Shown: positions 9,542-20,540 of the stretch, piece after piece
Position numbering within the stretch: the first letter of the stretch is position 1
Layout: every line of letters starts with the position of its first letter
IMG/VR virus record: IMGVR_UViG_2600255140_000004
Span: 1-64,000 of that record
Source: a virus
Lineage: Duplodnaviria > Caudoviricetes
DNA: 64,000 nt
Strand: one strand, 5' to 3'
Program-made: the position numbers and the translations under genes
The notes under the pieces: generated by a model
What the model was told of the DNA's origin: nothing
Database searches by the model: none
Seen by the model: only the letters and a program-made list of their open reading frames with translations

Positions 9542-9676
9542 ACATGTAAAAGAAGCCGAGAGGCTTCTTTTTTGCGCTTTTTTACAGATTACATACGATA
9601 ACAACTTATAACAGGAGGCATACAGGCAGACTTCATTTTTTGTATGCCTCTTTCATTTCATGAAGGAGGAAGAAAC

Positions 9677-10951
9677 ATGAGATTATGGGAAGGGAAAGAA
9701 CCGCAGGAGTTATTAAAAAGGCTACATGAGCTGGATGAACTCACGGGGATCGATTCGGTCATCCAGCCGGGCCAGAAGGTCACGGTCACTGCTACTGCGT
9801 ATGGGAGCGGGCTGTCACGCTGGACGGTGGATGCGGATGATGCGGCTTACCGCGCGCCAAAGATTGCGTCAGGAAGTAAGTTCGATCAGTTCTGCGCTGC
9901 TTTTGAAGGCATGACAGAAGAACTGGAGGCGGATATCTATTCCGTCCGTGTGCTGGCGTATGCGGATACCCAGCCGTACAGGACCTATGACGGGAAATTC
10001 ACTACGCGCTGGTTCAGCATCGATCCGCTTGACCCGTATAACGTGGATAAAAAGACCGGGCAGCCGGTGTTTAAGTTCGAGGAGCTTGTCATCACGCAGG
10101 AAGAGTACAGGATGATGATGGGAACAAAGCTTGCGATCAGGGCAGGAGATGCCGTTTACGCACTGCTGCGGGATGCGCTGATGTCTACAGGGCGCCTGCT
10201 CCTGGATTCCAGCTCTGTATTCAAACGTTCAGACGAGAACGCCCTTGGCTGCGGGATGATGCTTGCGGAGGCGCTTGCAGACCGGGATTCCCTCAAGGCA
10301 CTGACGAGGGGCTCTGGCAGCGGGGTGCGCCCTCTGCTGGCAGTCATGGGCAGCCGTTACAGGTACATCCCGCAGAGCGAGTTTTTTAAGGAAGTGTTCA
10401 AAAATATCGCGGGCTTTGGCATCTACCTGATCGAGAAGTGGTCCATTACGGACGAGCTTACAACTGTGCAGGCCGTGTTGCAGGGAGATCCGGAATACCA
10501 GAAGGGATTCCTTATAACTGCGAGCGATTTTAATGGTACCCCGATGAAGGTATCGGCATTTGGGCGGTTCCCTAACGGTGCAATGGTCGTGCTGAAACAG
10601 AGCAGCATGCTCCATAACAAGGCATCTGTGGACCGCGGCGTAAAATGCCTGTTTGACGGCATGGAAGAAGCGTTTGGGGAATTCGACCAGTTTATTGAAG
10701 ACATGGATGTTGATGCAGTGTTTGACGCAAAGGCCCACAAGAAATGGCTGAGGAATGTCCAGGACCTTATCGGGATGCGGCGTTGCCGCGTGCCTGAAAC
10801 TTTGGAGTGCAACGGGCTTGCGCTGGCAATGACGCTGGCAAAAGATTTAGACGCGGATATCCGCGACAGGAACGGACTCCTGTACAGCATATGGAACCTC
10901 TTGCTGGACATCCGTGGAGGATGTACAGGGAAACGTAAAGCAGCAGTCTAA
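9677..10951 (+). CDS. Hypothetical protein
   Basis: Long ORF with GGAGGA RBS. Confidence 0.7.
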   Translation: MRLWEGKEPQELLKRLHELDELTGIDSVIQPGQKVTVTATAYGSGLSRWTVDADDAAYRAPKIASGSKFDQFCAAFEGMTEELEADIYSVRVLAYADTQPYRTYDGKFTTRWFSIDPLDPYNVDKKTGQPVFKFEELVITQEEYRMMMGTKLAIRAGDAVYALLRDALMSTGRLLLDSSSVFKRSDENALGCGMMLAEALADRDSLKALTRGSGSGVRPLLAVMGSRYRYIPQSEFFKEVFKNIAGFGIYLIEKWSITDELTTVQAVLQGDPEYQKGFLITASDFNGTPMKVSAFGRFPNGAMVVLKQSSMLHNKASVDRGVKCLFDGMEEAFGEFDQFIEDMDVDAVFDAKAHKKWLRNVQDLIGMRRCRVPETLECNGLALAMTLAKDLDADIRDRNGLLYSIWNLLLDIRGGCTGKRKAAV

Positions 10952-10997
10952 GCAACGGGCCAGGGAATACCCGGCCTTCCCATGAAAGGAGAGCATT

Positions 10998-11909
10998 ATG
11001 AAGAATGAATGGAGAAACCAGAAAGAAAACGCACGGAAGATCCTTCCGCTTATCCACAAATACAGGGAAGTGCTCCTTTTTGACACGGAGACGACAGGCC
11101 TCGGGAAGACAGCCAAGATCATCCAGTTCTCAGCCGTGCATTATGCCGTGAAAGAAGGGTATGTTTTGGAGGAGGTCCGGAAACTGGATCTTTACATCAA
11201 TCCCCGTGAGCCTTTGGCGGAGAAGATCACAGAGATCACGGGCATTACGGATGCAATGCTGAAAGACGCGGTTCCGGAAGAGGAGGCTGCGCCGGTTATT
11301 TTTGGGCTCCTCGGATCCTGCGGGATATGGGCGGCATATAACAGCCCGTTTGACCTGCGTATGCTGGCACAGATGTCAGCGCGTACCGGGCAGCCATTTA
11401 AACAGCATCCCTGCGTGGATGTCCTTGAAATGGCAAGGGATTTTGTCAGCAAGGCGGATGCGGGTTCCCACAAATTGGGGGATGTCCTCGCAACCCTTTT
11501 CCCAGGCGAGGATTTCCAGTTCCACAGCGCCATTGAGGATGTGCGCGCGACCGCCAGGCTGCTCCCCGTATTCCTCACAGAGTACCGCAAGGTGTATTCC
11601 GCACCGGCAGAGCAGAAACGGCAGCTCAGGCTTGAATGGGCAAAGCCGTGGCAGAACCCCAAGATGCCGTCACAGCAGCGTATACGCCTGATGCTCAATG
11701 AAGGGCAGTACGGTGACATCTACTGGGATATCGTAGGGCACTGCTGGGGCTGCAAGGCGACAAAGAGTGCAAAGGCATTGTTCGGGAGCATAGACCTGGC
11801 GAACATCGAAACCCAGGTCCTTAACCGTTACGGATGGAAGTTCGACGCGAAGGATATGTCGGCATTGTCAAAAAACTGGCTGGCTGAACTCCGTAAAAAA
11901 TCTGCATGA
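10998..11909 (+). CDS. DEDDh 3'-5' exonuclease (DnaQ/PolC-like)
   Basis: FDTETTG, AYNSPFD, HSAIEDV motifs. Confidence 0.9.
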   Translation: MKNEWRNQKENARKILPLIHKYREVLLFDTETTGLGKTAKIIQFSAVHYAVKEGYVLEEVRKLDLYINPREPLAEKITEITGITDAMLKDAVPEEEAAPVIFGLLGSCGIWAAYNSPFDLRMLAQMSARTGQPFKQHPCVDVLEMARDFVSKADAGSHKLGDVLATLFPGEDFQFHSAIEDVRATARLLPVFLTEYRKVYSAPAEQKRQLRLEWAKPWQNPKMPSQQRIRLMLNEGQYGDIYWDIVGHCWGCKATKSAKALFGSIDLANIETQVLNRYGWKFDAKDMSALSKNWLAELRKKSA

Positions 11910-11980
11910 AAAGAAGCCGGAAGGCTTCTTTTTGTGTTCGGCCAAATTGTGTAAAACAGTCAGTAAAGGAGGCTCTTATT

Positions 11981-12145
11981 ATGTCTGTGAAACAAGTATG
12001 CGGCACTGCGTTCGCCGCCCTTGCGTTTGTATTCTTCCTTGGGGCATTAGGAGGATATGAGGCAGGCAATTACGGATTTTTGTCCTTGGCCAGGCTGCTG
12101 GCCGTGCCGGGCATGTTTGCGTTCCTGGCTTTTTTGTGCAAATGA
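11981..12145 (+). CDS. Small membrane protein
   Basis: AAGGAGG RBS; two hydrophobic segments. Confidence 0.6.
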   Translation: MSVKQVCGTAFAALAFVFFLGALGGYEAGNYGFLSLARLLAVPGMFAFLAFLCK

Positions 12146-12231
12146 CTTTCAGTGTCTGGATTTTTCCTGACACTGATTTTTTTTCGCCCAGATTGTAACT
12201 GTGCCTGCGGGCAGGGAAGGAGGGATGGAAA

Positions 12232-12454
12232 ATGGCGTGGACGGTTTATAACAAATACCATGCGCGGAAGGAATCGTTGGACGGGCATACGTTTGATTCC
12301 GCCAAGGGAGCGCGCCTATTTCGCGGATTTCGTATACCGGGACAAGGCTGGGAACTGCGTGGCAGAGGATGCCAAAGGGGTACGCACGAAGGAGTATGTC
12401 ATCAAGAGGAAACTCATGCTGCATGTCTACGGGATCCGGATCACGGAGATCTGA
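12232..12454 (+). pseudogene. DUF1064-like phage endonuclease, internally deleted and frameshifted
   Basis: NKYHARK..DGHTFDS in one frame; YFADFVY...EDAKG.RT..Y..KRKL in another. Confidence 0.7.
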
Positions 12455-12546
12455 CATCCCAAAAGAAATGGGGCATGGACGTTTCCGGTACAATGCAGGA
12501 AACATTTAGGAAAGGAGACGGCGCGGGTGGATGCGCCGGTTGGATC

Positions 12547-13797
12547 ATGGATTACAGGAATGAAGAATATGCCTGCGCCCTGTGCGGCAGCAAGAAGAAA
12601 GTGTTCAGATACAGATATCACAGCACAGGATTTGCATTGTGCGCGCCATGTGCTGCGCTGCTGTACAACCAGACCCTGCAAAGGCTCCTGAAACAGGGGG
12701 AAGTGCCGGATGACGAGATGTTTCGCCAGAATGCGGCAGCAATCGCCGCCCGGAGCGGGGAATTGTTTGGGGTAATGGGAAAGCATACGGAGACTGCATG
12801 CCCGAAGGATATCCTGCAGCAGCTTGATGAATATGTGGTGGGGCAGACGAAAGCAAAGAAATCCCTTGCAATCGCGCTTTATAACCATATGAAACGGATT
12901 CGTTCCGCCGCTCCGGAAACGTTCACTAAGAGCAATATTCTGCTGCTGGGGCCGACAGGGAGCGGGAAAACGCTGCTTGCAAAAACGCTGGCACGGATTG
13001 CAGACGTGCCGTTCGTGTCTGCTGATGCCACGTCGCTGACACAGGCGGGGTATGTGGGCAATGACGTGGAAGACATCCTCGCACGCCTCTGGCAGAGTGC
13101 AAACAAGAATGTACAGGCGGCAGAACACGGCATTGTATATATCGACGAGATTGACAAGCTGCGGAAAACGGATCACAGGAGCCGTGACGGGGTCAGCAAT
13201 GAGGGCGTACAGCAGGCTCTCCTGAAGATTGTTGAAGGTTCGGAGGTGGATGTGCCGGTTGCGGGGAACCGTAAGATCACTATGCATACGGATAACATCC
13301 TCTTTATCTGCGGCGGGGCTTTCGTCGGCGCGGGAGAGCCAGACGTGCCGGAAGTGGGATTTACTGGCAGGGGAAAGGCGGCAAGCCAGCATCCGGAAAG
13401 TTTTTTGCTGGATTTTGGGATGATCCCCGAATTCCTCGGCAGGTTCCCGGTCGTGGAGTCTCTTGACGCGTTAGGCGAGGAAGATTTCATGCGCGTGCTG
13501 ACAGCGCCAAAGAATGCCATCCTGCGCCAGTACCAGCGACTGTTCTTACAGGATGGCATCCGCCTTGAGGTTCCCGAACCGGTGCTGCGGGAAATTGCCC
13601 ATATGGCCATGGCGAAGGGTACGGGGGCAAGGGGGCTTAAGGCAGTCATGGAATCTGTTTTAAAGGAGGCGATGTTCGGGCTCCCTTATGACGACACCGT
13701 GAATACATGTGAAGTAACCCCTGATACCCTGCGGACGGGAGCCGTAGATGTGTACTGGTCTGACAGATCTTGCACGAAACAGCGCGCATACAGGTAA
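12547..13797 (+). CDS. clpX: ClpX-like AAA+ unfoldase
   Basis: CxxC..CxxC Zn domain; YVVGQ; GPTGSGKT; AGYVG.DVE; IDEIDK; VQQALLK; GARGL. Start codon uncertain. Confidence 0.88.
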   Translation: MDYRNEEYACALCGSKKKVFRYRYHSTGFALCAPCAALLYNQTLQRLLKQGEVPDDEMFRQNAAAIAARSGELFGVMGKHTETACPKDILQQLDEYVVGQTKAKKSLAIALYNHMKRIRSAAPETFTKSNILLLGPTGSGKTLLAKTLARIADVPFVSADATSLTQAGYVGNDVEDILARLWQSANKNVQAAEHGIVYIDEIDKLRKTDHRSRDGVSNEGVQQALLKIVEGSEVDVPVAGNRKITMHTDNILFICGGAFVGAGEPDVPEVGFTGRGKAASQHPESFLLDFGMIPEFLGRFPVVESLDALGEEDFMRVLTAPKNAILRQYQRLFLQDGIRLEVPEPVLREIAHMAMAKGTGARGLKAVMESVLKEAMFGLPYDDTVNTCEVTPDTLRTGAVDVYWSDRSCTKQRAYR

Positions 13798-13874
13798 ATA
13801 TTCCGGAAACCAACAGGCTGTGGCTGGGCCGCAGCTTGTTTTGCTCATATTGGCACCAGGAAAGGAAAAGTATT

Positions 13875-15914
13875 ATGAGTGAATGGTTTTGGGCAAAGAA
13901 AGAAAATTTAAGTAAGGTTTGGGGGATTCATTTCCGGAGGGCATCGGGGTATTCTTTTGTACAGTTTTATGCAAAACAGAATGGGTATACGGTTGTCACA
14001 TATGACAATCCAAAACTGCAGAAGGACCGCGAAGAGTTTTTAAAAGAAACTGGAATAGCGCAGGAAGCACAGAAAAATACAGAAGGGGAGCCCCAAGAGG
14101 AGTCCAAGCCGCTTACTTACTGGAACAGGCCGCAGTACAGCAAGCGGGCGGCACTGCCGCTGCGTCACCTGGGCTACATGCGGACGGACGGGGAGTGCGT
14201 CTTCGATTTCACGCAAAAGAAGGATTATTATATGACAGCCAACGGGTTCTGTGACAGCAGGAACCGTAACAGCGGGAAAGTGTCCACGCTGCACAATCTT
14301 GTGATTGATATTGACTGCCATAGCGGGGAGCGTTTTTCAAGGCAGGACATGCAGTTCATTGGAGACTGGCTCTTCCATTTCCTGGAAAAGGAATCAGAAG
14401 GAAACCCGTCTTTCCGTGTTCCGAACACCATCGTAAACACAGGCAGGGGTTTCCAGCTATGGTGGGCGCTGGAAGCATGCAGCGGGAAGAAACTCACATA
14501 TATGTGGAAAGCTGTAACCGGTCATTACATCAGCGTTTTGCAGGGAATGTTCGGGCGTATGGAGGAACTCACAAAAAAAGTTTACGATGATTTCTGCGGG
14601 ATCATGGAATTCAATAAATATGATGCATTCTCAGGGTTTTTGCAGAAGAAACTGGAGCATGTGAAATGGCTGTGCCATTTCAGTGTTGATGCCGCATCCT
14701 CTAAAAAGAAGAGCGGCTTGTTCCGTGTGCCCGGAACCTTTAATTCCCGGGCAGGGGATTTTGGCTCTTTCCGTATCTGCCATGACAGCCCCCTGGATCT
14801 TGTCGGGCTGTTTTTCGATTTCCACCCTGTGACCGGAGGCAGGTACACGCCATTCAAGCCGAGAAAGAAAGGTTCGTGTTGGGATGGGTTCGCGGATAAG
14901 CGCGAAAAAGACCTGACAAAACTTATCACCTACCGGCAGTCAAGAGGGCTTACCTCATGCGGATACCGTGACATCGTCTGCCTCCTGCTCTGCGGGGCAT
15001 ACTGTTCTTCCGGTGAGAGCGTGGATGCGGCGATTGGGGCGGTCAAGCGCATAAACCGTGTTTTTGATGTTCCTATGACGGAAAAAGAACTGCTCGCTTA
15101 TATGGGTGCCTGCCTGCACAAGAAATACAAGTTTGGGAATGACTATATGATCTCTGTGTTGGGAATTACGGAGGAAGAGCAGGGTTTGCTTGGCATCAGG
15201 GGAACAAAAAAAGCAGCAAGGCAGGCGGCACGGGATAAGAAGAAACAGAAGAAGGAAGAGCGCGATGCGCTGATCCTTGAGCTACATAAAGAGGGAATGA
15301 CACAGATGGAGATTGCCTCCCGCACGGGGGCATCCCAGCCTACAGTAAGCCGGATCATCAGATGCGCCGGCTCTGCTTGTGATGGGGATGAGACCTTGGA
15401 ATCCCCGGCTATATCTGTGACACCGGATGCTGTGCCTGATGACAGCGACAGCAAGGAAACTGCCCCCTGCTGCACGGAACTGGCGGTTTCTGGTCCGCCT
15501 ATGGATGGGCTTGCCCCGCGCCGGGGCGTTTATTCAAACCTGCCTTATATAATTTATTCTTATAGCATTGTTCAGCGGGCGCCTCTGGCGGCATCTTTGG
15601 GGCAGGCAGGGCTGGTGAGCGTCATGGAGCATTCCCTTTCCCCGAACGTTCCCTCTGCCAGTGCGCCTTTGCCCGAAGATGCAGGTTTCACGCTTTGCTG
15701 CTTGCCTGCCCCTGACGCTTTGGCTCACGGGCTGCGCCCATCCCCTTGCCCTGGCATTTATCCTGTGTCTTTGCATGTGCATTGTCCTGAAACAGGCGGC
15801 AAGGGCATACAGGCTGTATTTCAAGACATTCTGAACCCGGTTCCGCTGTATGGGGATGCAGGGCGCATCGTGGTGGGCCTTCGTTCCACGTCCTCATTGC
15901 TGCTGTTTCCGTAG
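13875..15914 (+). CDS. Replication initiator (AEP primase-polymerase-like Rep) with C-terminal HTH
   Basis: LVIDIDCH, PNTIVNTGRGFQLWW, FRVPGTFN; HTH MTQMEIASRTGASQPTVSR. Confidence 0.7.
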   Translation: MSEWFWAKKENLSKVWGIHFRRASGYSFVQFYAKQNGYTVVTYDNPKLQKDREEFLKETGIAQEAQKNTEGEPQEESKPLTYWNRPQYSKRAALPLRHLGYMRTDGECVFDFTQKKDYYMTANGFCDSRNRNSGKVSTLHNLVIDIDCHSGERFSRQDMQFIGDWLFHFLEKESEGNPSFRVPNTIVNTGRGFQLWWALEACSGKKLTYMWKAVTGHYISVLQGMFGRMEELTKKVYDDFCGIMEFNKYDAFSGFLQKKLEHVKWLCHFSVDAASSKKKSGLFRVPGTFNSRAGDFGSFRICHDSPLDLVGLFFDFHPVTGGRYTPFKPRKKGSCWDGFADKREKDLTKLITYRQSRGLTSCGYRDIVCLLLCGAYCSSGESVDAAIGAVKRINRVFDVPMTEKELLAYMGACLHKKYKFGNDYMISVLGITEEEQGLLGIRGTKKAARQAARDKKKQKKEERDALILELHKEGMTQMEIASRTGASQPTVSRIIRCAGSACDGDETLESPAISVTPDAVPDDSDSKETAPCCTELAVSGPPMDGLAPRRGVYSNLPYIIYSYSIVQRAPLAASLGQAGLVSVMEHSLSPNVPSASAPLPEDAGFTLCCLPAPDALAHGLRPSPCPGIYPVSLHVHCPETGGKGIQAVFQDILNPVPLYGDAGRIVVGLRSTSSLLLFP

Positions 15915-15944
15915 TAGACTGGCTGTGTAAAAGGAGAAAAAAGC

Positions 15945-18071
15945 ATGGAAAGCATTAAGTGTGTAATAAAGCGAATACGGCATCACAACCATGAAACAGG
16001 ATTCACCGTCGCCGTAGTCCAGCATGGGGAGGGCCGGCATACGGCAGTTGGCCTGTTTTCCGATATCCGGGAAGGCATGACTTTCCAAATGTCGGGTGAG
16101 TGGGCGGAGCATCCTGCTTATGGATGCCAGTTCAAATGCAGCTCTGCCATGGAAATCCGCCCGGAAACAAAGAAAGGGATGGAAACGTATTTAGGCAGCG
16201 GGCTGATCAAAGGCATCGGCCCCAGGTATGCCGGCGCGATTGTTGAAATGTTCGGCACGGATACCTTCGACGTGATCGACAATCATCCGGAAAAGCTGCT
16301 CAGTGTCCGGGGCATCGGAACAGGAAGGGTTAACCGTATCATCGAAAGCTGGAACGAGCAGAAGGAAGTCCGCAATATTATGATGTACCTGCAGTCGGTC
16401 GGGGTAAGTGCCGCATATGCTGTGAAAATATATAAAAAGTTTGGGAAATGGTCCATAGAACGTGTGAAAGAGAATCCCTACTGCCTTACGCAGATCTGGG
16501 GGATCGGTTTCAAGATTGCGGATGGCATTGCCCTTAACATGGGTTTCGCCCCAGACAGCGCAGAACGCTGTAAGAGCGGGATTTTATATGTAATGGATAC
16601 GTTTATGCAGCAGGGGCATGTGTACGCCGATAAGGGCGCCCTGGAGCGTCAGGCGCAGGCTGTCCTCGGTCTGCCTGATGCCGGGCCTGTGGCGGCTGCG
16701 CTGGAGATGCTGCTGGAGTCGGATGCGCTGGTTCGGGAAAGCATTAACCCGGATGCGGTATACCAGCCAAAGTTTCTCCGGGCGGAATCATATGTAGCGC
16801 GGAAACTGCGTGAGCTTGCAAAGCCCACCCGCATCTGCCCGCCGTCTGCACAGGCCATTGGGGCGATTGAGCGGAAACTGGGAGTTGTGTATGACGAGTG
16901 CCAGAGGGAGGCTATCCGGCAGGCGGCTGTTTCACGGCTCATGATACTGACAGGAGGGCCGGGAACCGGGAAGACAACGACGGTTAATGGAATCCTGGCA
17001 TATTACCAAGGGCGGCGGATCCTGCTTGCCGCACCGACGGGGCGCGCCGCAAAACGGATGTCTGAAGTTACGGGTGCGCCAGCACAGACCATACACCGCT
17101 TGCTGGAGTATGGCCCGGGTGGGATGTTCTCGCGGAATGAGGAGAATCCCCTTGAGGGGGATGTGCTGATCGTGGACGAGTCCTCCATGCTTGACATTCT
17201 GCTCATGGAAAGCCTGCTGCGTGCGGTGCCAAATAAAATGACAGTCGTTTTTGCAGGGGATGTGGATCAATTGCCGTCCGTAGGGCCTGGCGCTGTATTG
17301 AAGGATATGATCGACTCCCATGTGCTCCCGGTAGTACGACTGACGAAGATCTTCCGCCAGGCGCAGACAAGTGATATCGTCATGAACGCACACCGGATCA
17401 ACAGGGGGGAGCCACTTGTGATAACAAACAGAGCCGACAGTGATTTTTTCTGGTGCGTGAAGGATGACCCGCAGTCCGTGCAGGACGAAATCATCAGGTT
17501 CGTGTCAGTGAACCTTCCCCGGTATTACCATGTGAAACCCACGGATATCCAGGTGCTGTCGCCCATGCGGAAGGGCATGGAGGGAACAGACGCGCTGAAC
17601 CGGAGGCTGCAGGAGGCTGTAAATCCAGATGCAGAAGGTATCCCGTTTGGACAGGGCGTGCTCCGGGTAAATGACAAGGTGATGCAGCTTAAGAACAATT
17701 ATGAAAAAAATGTGTTTAACGGTGATGTAGGCTTTGTGTCAGGTTTTGACCATGAAGAGAACACGGTTTCAGTGAATTATGACGGGCATCTGGTGGAATA
17801 CGAACGCAGCAATCTTAATGAACTCACGCTTGCTTATGCCTGTACGGTACATAAGAGCCAGGGCAGTGAGTATCCCATTGTGGTCATGCCAGTTACAACT
17901 TCGCATACAGTCATGTTGGAAAGAAACCTCCTGTACACAGCGGTTACAAGGGCAAAGAAAGTGTTTGTTGCAGTTGGCAGCCAGATAGCTATGAATATGG
18001 CAATCAGCAGGATGCGGGCATCCAAAAGGAATACGCTGCTGACGGACAGGCTCAAATGGCAGCCGCAGTAA
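15945..18071 (+). CDS. recD2: RecD2-like SF1B helicase
   Basis: HhH IKGIGP; GGPGTGKT; APTGRAA; VDESSM; GDVDQLP; HKSQGSE. Confidence 0.93.
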   Translation: MESIKCVIKRIRHHNHETGFTVAVVQHGEGRHTAVGLFSDIREGMTFQMSGEWAEHPAYGCQFKCSSAMEIRPETKKGMETYLGSGLIKGIGPRYAGAIVEMFGTDTFDVIDNHPEKLLSVRGIGTGRVNRIIESWNEQKEVRNIMMYLQSVGVSAAYAVKIYKKFGKWSIERVKENPYCLTQIWGIGFKIADGIALNMGFAPDSAERCKSGILYVMDTFMQQGHVYADKGALERQAQAVLGLPDAGPVAAALEMLLESDALVRESINPDAVYQPKFLRAESYVARKLRELAKPTRICPPSAQAIGAIERKLGVVYDECQREAIRQAAVSRLMILTGGPGTGKTTTVNGILAYYQGRRILLAAPTGRAAKRMSEVTGAPAQTIHRLLEYGPGGMFSRNEENPLEGDVLIVDESSMLDILLMESLLRAVPNKMTVVFAGDVDQLPSVGPGAVLKDMIDSHVLPVVRLTKIFRQAQTSDIVMNAHRINRGEPLVITNRADSDFFWCVKDDPQSVQDEIIRFVSVNLPRYYHVKPTDIQVLSPMRKGMEGTDALNRRLQEAVNPDAEGIPFGQGVLRVNDKVMQLKNNYEKNVFNGDVGFVSGFDHEENTVSVNYDGHLVEYERSNLNELTLAYACTVHKSQGSEYPIVVMPVTTSHTVMLERNLLYTAVTRAKKVFVAVGSQIAMNMAISRMRASKRNTLLTDRLKWQPQ

Positions 18072-18185
18072 AGGCAATGGGGACTTTTGCTGTTTTCTCC
18101 ATCATTGCAGTGATGGGGAGTGGTACAGCTTTTCGCTTACATATCCAAATTATCATTGAAAAACAATCATTAAAGGAGGATTATC

Positions 18186-18854
18186 ATGGATGAAAAAATG
18201 ACATTTGACAGGAACGAGGTAGAAAAACTGGTTGCGGCAAAAGACTGGAAAGGTCTGCTGGAATATGATTTCAGGGGTGCGGATCTAAGCGGAATGTGCT
18301 TTGGGGGTGCGGATCTTGCCGGTATAGATTTTAGCGGTGCCGATTTTAGTAATACGGATTTTCAGTGGGCATCTTTACGAAATGTAAATTTTTCGTCTTC
18401 ATTCCTTGAGGGTGCGGATTTCCGGGGCGCGGATATTACAGGCACATATTTCGCCGACGCATGCATGGACGGCATCATCATGGATGAAACGACATCTCAT
18501 TATCACACGCGTTGCCCGGAAGAGGGAGAATTTATTGGCTATAAACAAGTGCGTGACAATAAATACGGGCCATACATTGCTGAGCTGAAAATCCCAGCAC
18601 ATGCCTTGCGCTCCAGCGCAACCTCAAATAAATGCCGATGCTCGGAAGCAGAAGTGATGTCCATTACCCGTCTGGACGGTACAGACAATGGCATAGATAT
18701 TGTGAGGAGCTGGAGGAATCCAGATATTCTGTATAAAGTCGGGGAAATGGTCAAGGCAGACGGCTTTGATAGGAACCGCTGGCATGAATGCGCTCCTGGT
18801 ATCCATTTCTTCATGACCAGGGAAGAGGCTGTAGACTATATACTCTGGACATAA
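18186..18854 (+). CDS. Pentapeptide-repeat + DUF5758-like protein, copy 2
   Basis: Clear paralog of 8849-9541. Confidence 0.85.
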   Translation: MDEKMTFDRNEVEKLVAAKDWKGLLEYDFRGADLSGMCFGGADLAGIDFSGADFSNTDFQWASLRNVNFSSSFLEGADFRGADITGTYFADACMDGIIMDETTSHYHTRCPEEGEFIGYKQVRDNKYGPYIAELKIPAHALRSSATSNKCRCSEAEVMSITRLDGTDNGIDIVRSWRNPDILYKVGEMVKADGFDRNRWHECAPGIHFFMTREEAVDYILWT

Positions 18855-18935
18855 AAAAGAGAAGCCGAGAGGCTTCTTTTTTGCGGAAATAACCAAATTA
18901 TCCCTGAAAAAACAATCATTAAAGGAGGATTTGAT

Positions 18936-20540
18936 ATGAATTACAAACAGAGAAATGCAGCAGTGACGACAGTAGAAGAATGTGTGCTTATGCGCGCGGG
19001 CCTTGGCAGGCAAGATTTTTTTTGCCCGGAAGAAGAGCCGGAAATCCCGAATTTGAAGGAGGCAGTTGCTTTTTTTAGGGCAAATATGCAGCTTCCGGTT
19101 ACAGTAATCGGTGACTATGATGCAGACGGGATCTGCGGTACGGCAATCCTGTACCACGGGCTCAAACGGATGCAGAAAGAAGCGCGGCTCCGGATTCCGA
19201 AACGTTTCTCAGAAGGCTACGGTCTGTCGGAGAAGATCATAGACGAGATTGAGGCCCCTGGGCTTGTGATCACGGTAGATAACGGGATTGCCGCTTTGGA
19301 TGCGATAAAGAAAGCAAAAGAAAAAGGGCTTTCCGTTATCGTGATCGACCATCATGAGCCGGTCTGCAGGGATAACAAAGTAGTGCTGCCGTGCGCGGAT
19401 GTGGTTGTTGACCCAAAGACGGGCAATTCGTACAGGGATTACTGTGGAGCCGGGCTGGCATACCGGTTCGTGAAAGAACTCGTCGGCGGGGATATGAACA
19501 ACCTGCTTGTCCTTGCGGCAGTTGCAACGGTTGCGGATGTGATGCCCCTGACAGGCGCCAACCGTATCCTTGTGCGCCGCGGCATTGAGGCGCTTAACAA
19601 AGGCTATGGCGTTCCGGGGCTGAAAGCTCTGGCAGGAAACAACAAGAAAGAAGGGCATTTTGATGAGGGTGATTTCGGATTCTGGTTCGGTCCGATCTTT
19701 AACGCATACGGGCGATTGGAAGACGGTGGCGCGGCCAAGGTGCTGCGGTTGCTGACGATGGGGTACAATGACCCGAAAATGCCTGGCTGCGTCAGGATGC
19801 TGATGGAGATGAATGAACGCAGGAAAACACTTGCAAAAGAGCAGGCGGAGCTTGCCGAGGCGCTGATACAGGACATGGATGGAAACGCAGAACGCCCGAT
19901 CGTGGTTGGGGATTCCTTGTTCGATCCGGGAATTGTGGGTATCATTGCCGGGAAACTGGCAGAGAAATACTATTCCCCTGCAATCGTGTTCAGTGAAAAG
20001 GATGGGATGCTGAAAGGCTCCGGGCGCTCCATCCCAGGGGTGAGCCTTAAGGAAACGCTGGACCGGATCAGCGGCTTGATGCTCAGTTACGGCGGGCATA
20101 GTGGCGCTGCCGGACTTACAATACATGCTGAAGATTTTTTAAAGTTCAAAAGCGCGTTTGCAAAGAGCATTGGCAGGCTCCCAGATGTGCCGGATGTCAT
20201 GTATTATGACCTGGACCTTAAAAGGCATGAAATCCCTTATGTCATGGAACAGCAGAGGTCGCTCGCACCGTTTGGAGAGGGCAATCCGAAACCGGTGTTC
20301 CGCATAGTGTTCAATACAGCAGACTTCATTTATGCACGGATGGGCGATGGAACACACTTCTCACTGACGGAACGCAGCCAGGACGGTGCCCCGGCATTTT
20401 CTGTAGTCGGTTTTGGCATGGCAGGGATGTATGAAAAAATGAATCCCGAAAGGATTGAGTGCCTGGGATGCCTTAACGAAAACTGGTATAATGACAGGCT
20501 GTCCTATCAGTTTGAACTTGCGGCGTTTACTGGATTGTAA
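18936..20540 (+). CDS. recJ: RecJ ssDNA exonuclease
   Basis: GDYDADG, TVDNG, DHH, GGHSGAAG, PFGEGN. Confidence 0.92.
   Translation: MNYKQRNAAVTTVEECVLMRAGLGRQDFFCPEEEPEIPNLKEAVAFFRANMQLPVTVIGDYDADGICGTAILYHGLKRMQKEARLRIPKRFSEGYGLSEKIIDEIEAPGLVITVDNGIAALDAIKKAKEKGLSVIVIDHHEPVCRDNKVVLPCADVVVDPKTGNSYRDYCGAGLAYRFVKELVGGDMNNLLVLAAVATVADVMPLTGANRILVRRGIEALNKGYGVPGLKALAGNNKKEGHFDEGDFGFWFGPIFNAYGRLEDGGAAKVLRLLTMGYNDPKMPGCVRMLMEMNERRKTLAKEQAELAEALIQDMDGNAERPIVVGDSLFDPGIVGIIAGKLAEKYYSPAIVFSEKDGMLKGSGRSIPGVSLKETLDRISGLMLSYGGHSGAAGLTIHAEDFLKFKSAFAKSIGRLPDVPDVMYYDLDLKRHEIPYVMEQQRSLAPFGEGNPKPVFRIVFNTADFIYARMGDGTHFSLTERSQDGAPAFSVVGFGMAGMYEKMNPERIECLGCLNENWYNDRLSYQFELAAFTGL

Noticed and set aside
12232-12546. 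521-aa ClpX with N-terminal extension
   Set aside because: The extension is a frameshifted DUF1064 pseudogene read through by chance
9230-18854. Similar 3' ends of the two pentapeptide genes as a DGR template/variable repeat pair
   Set aside because: Differences are mostly synonymous and not adenine-specific, both are full genes, and there is no reverse transcriptase in the window
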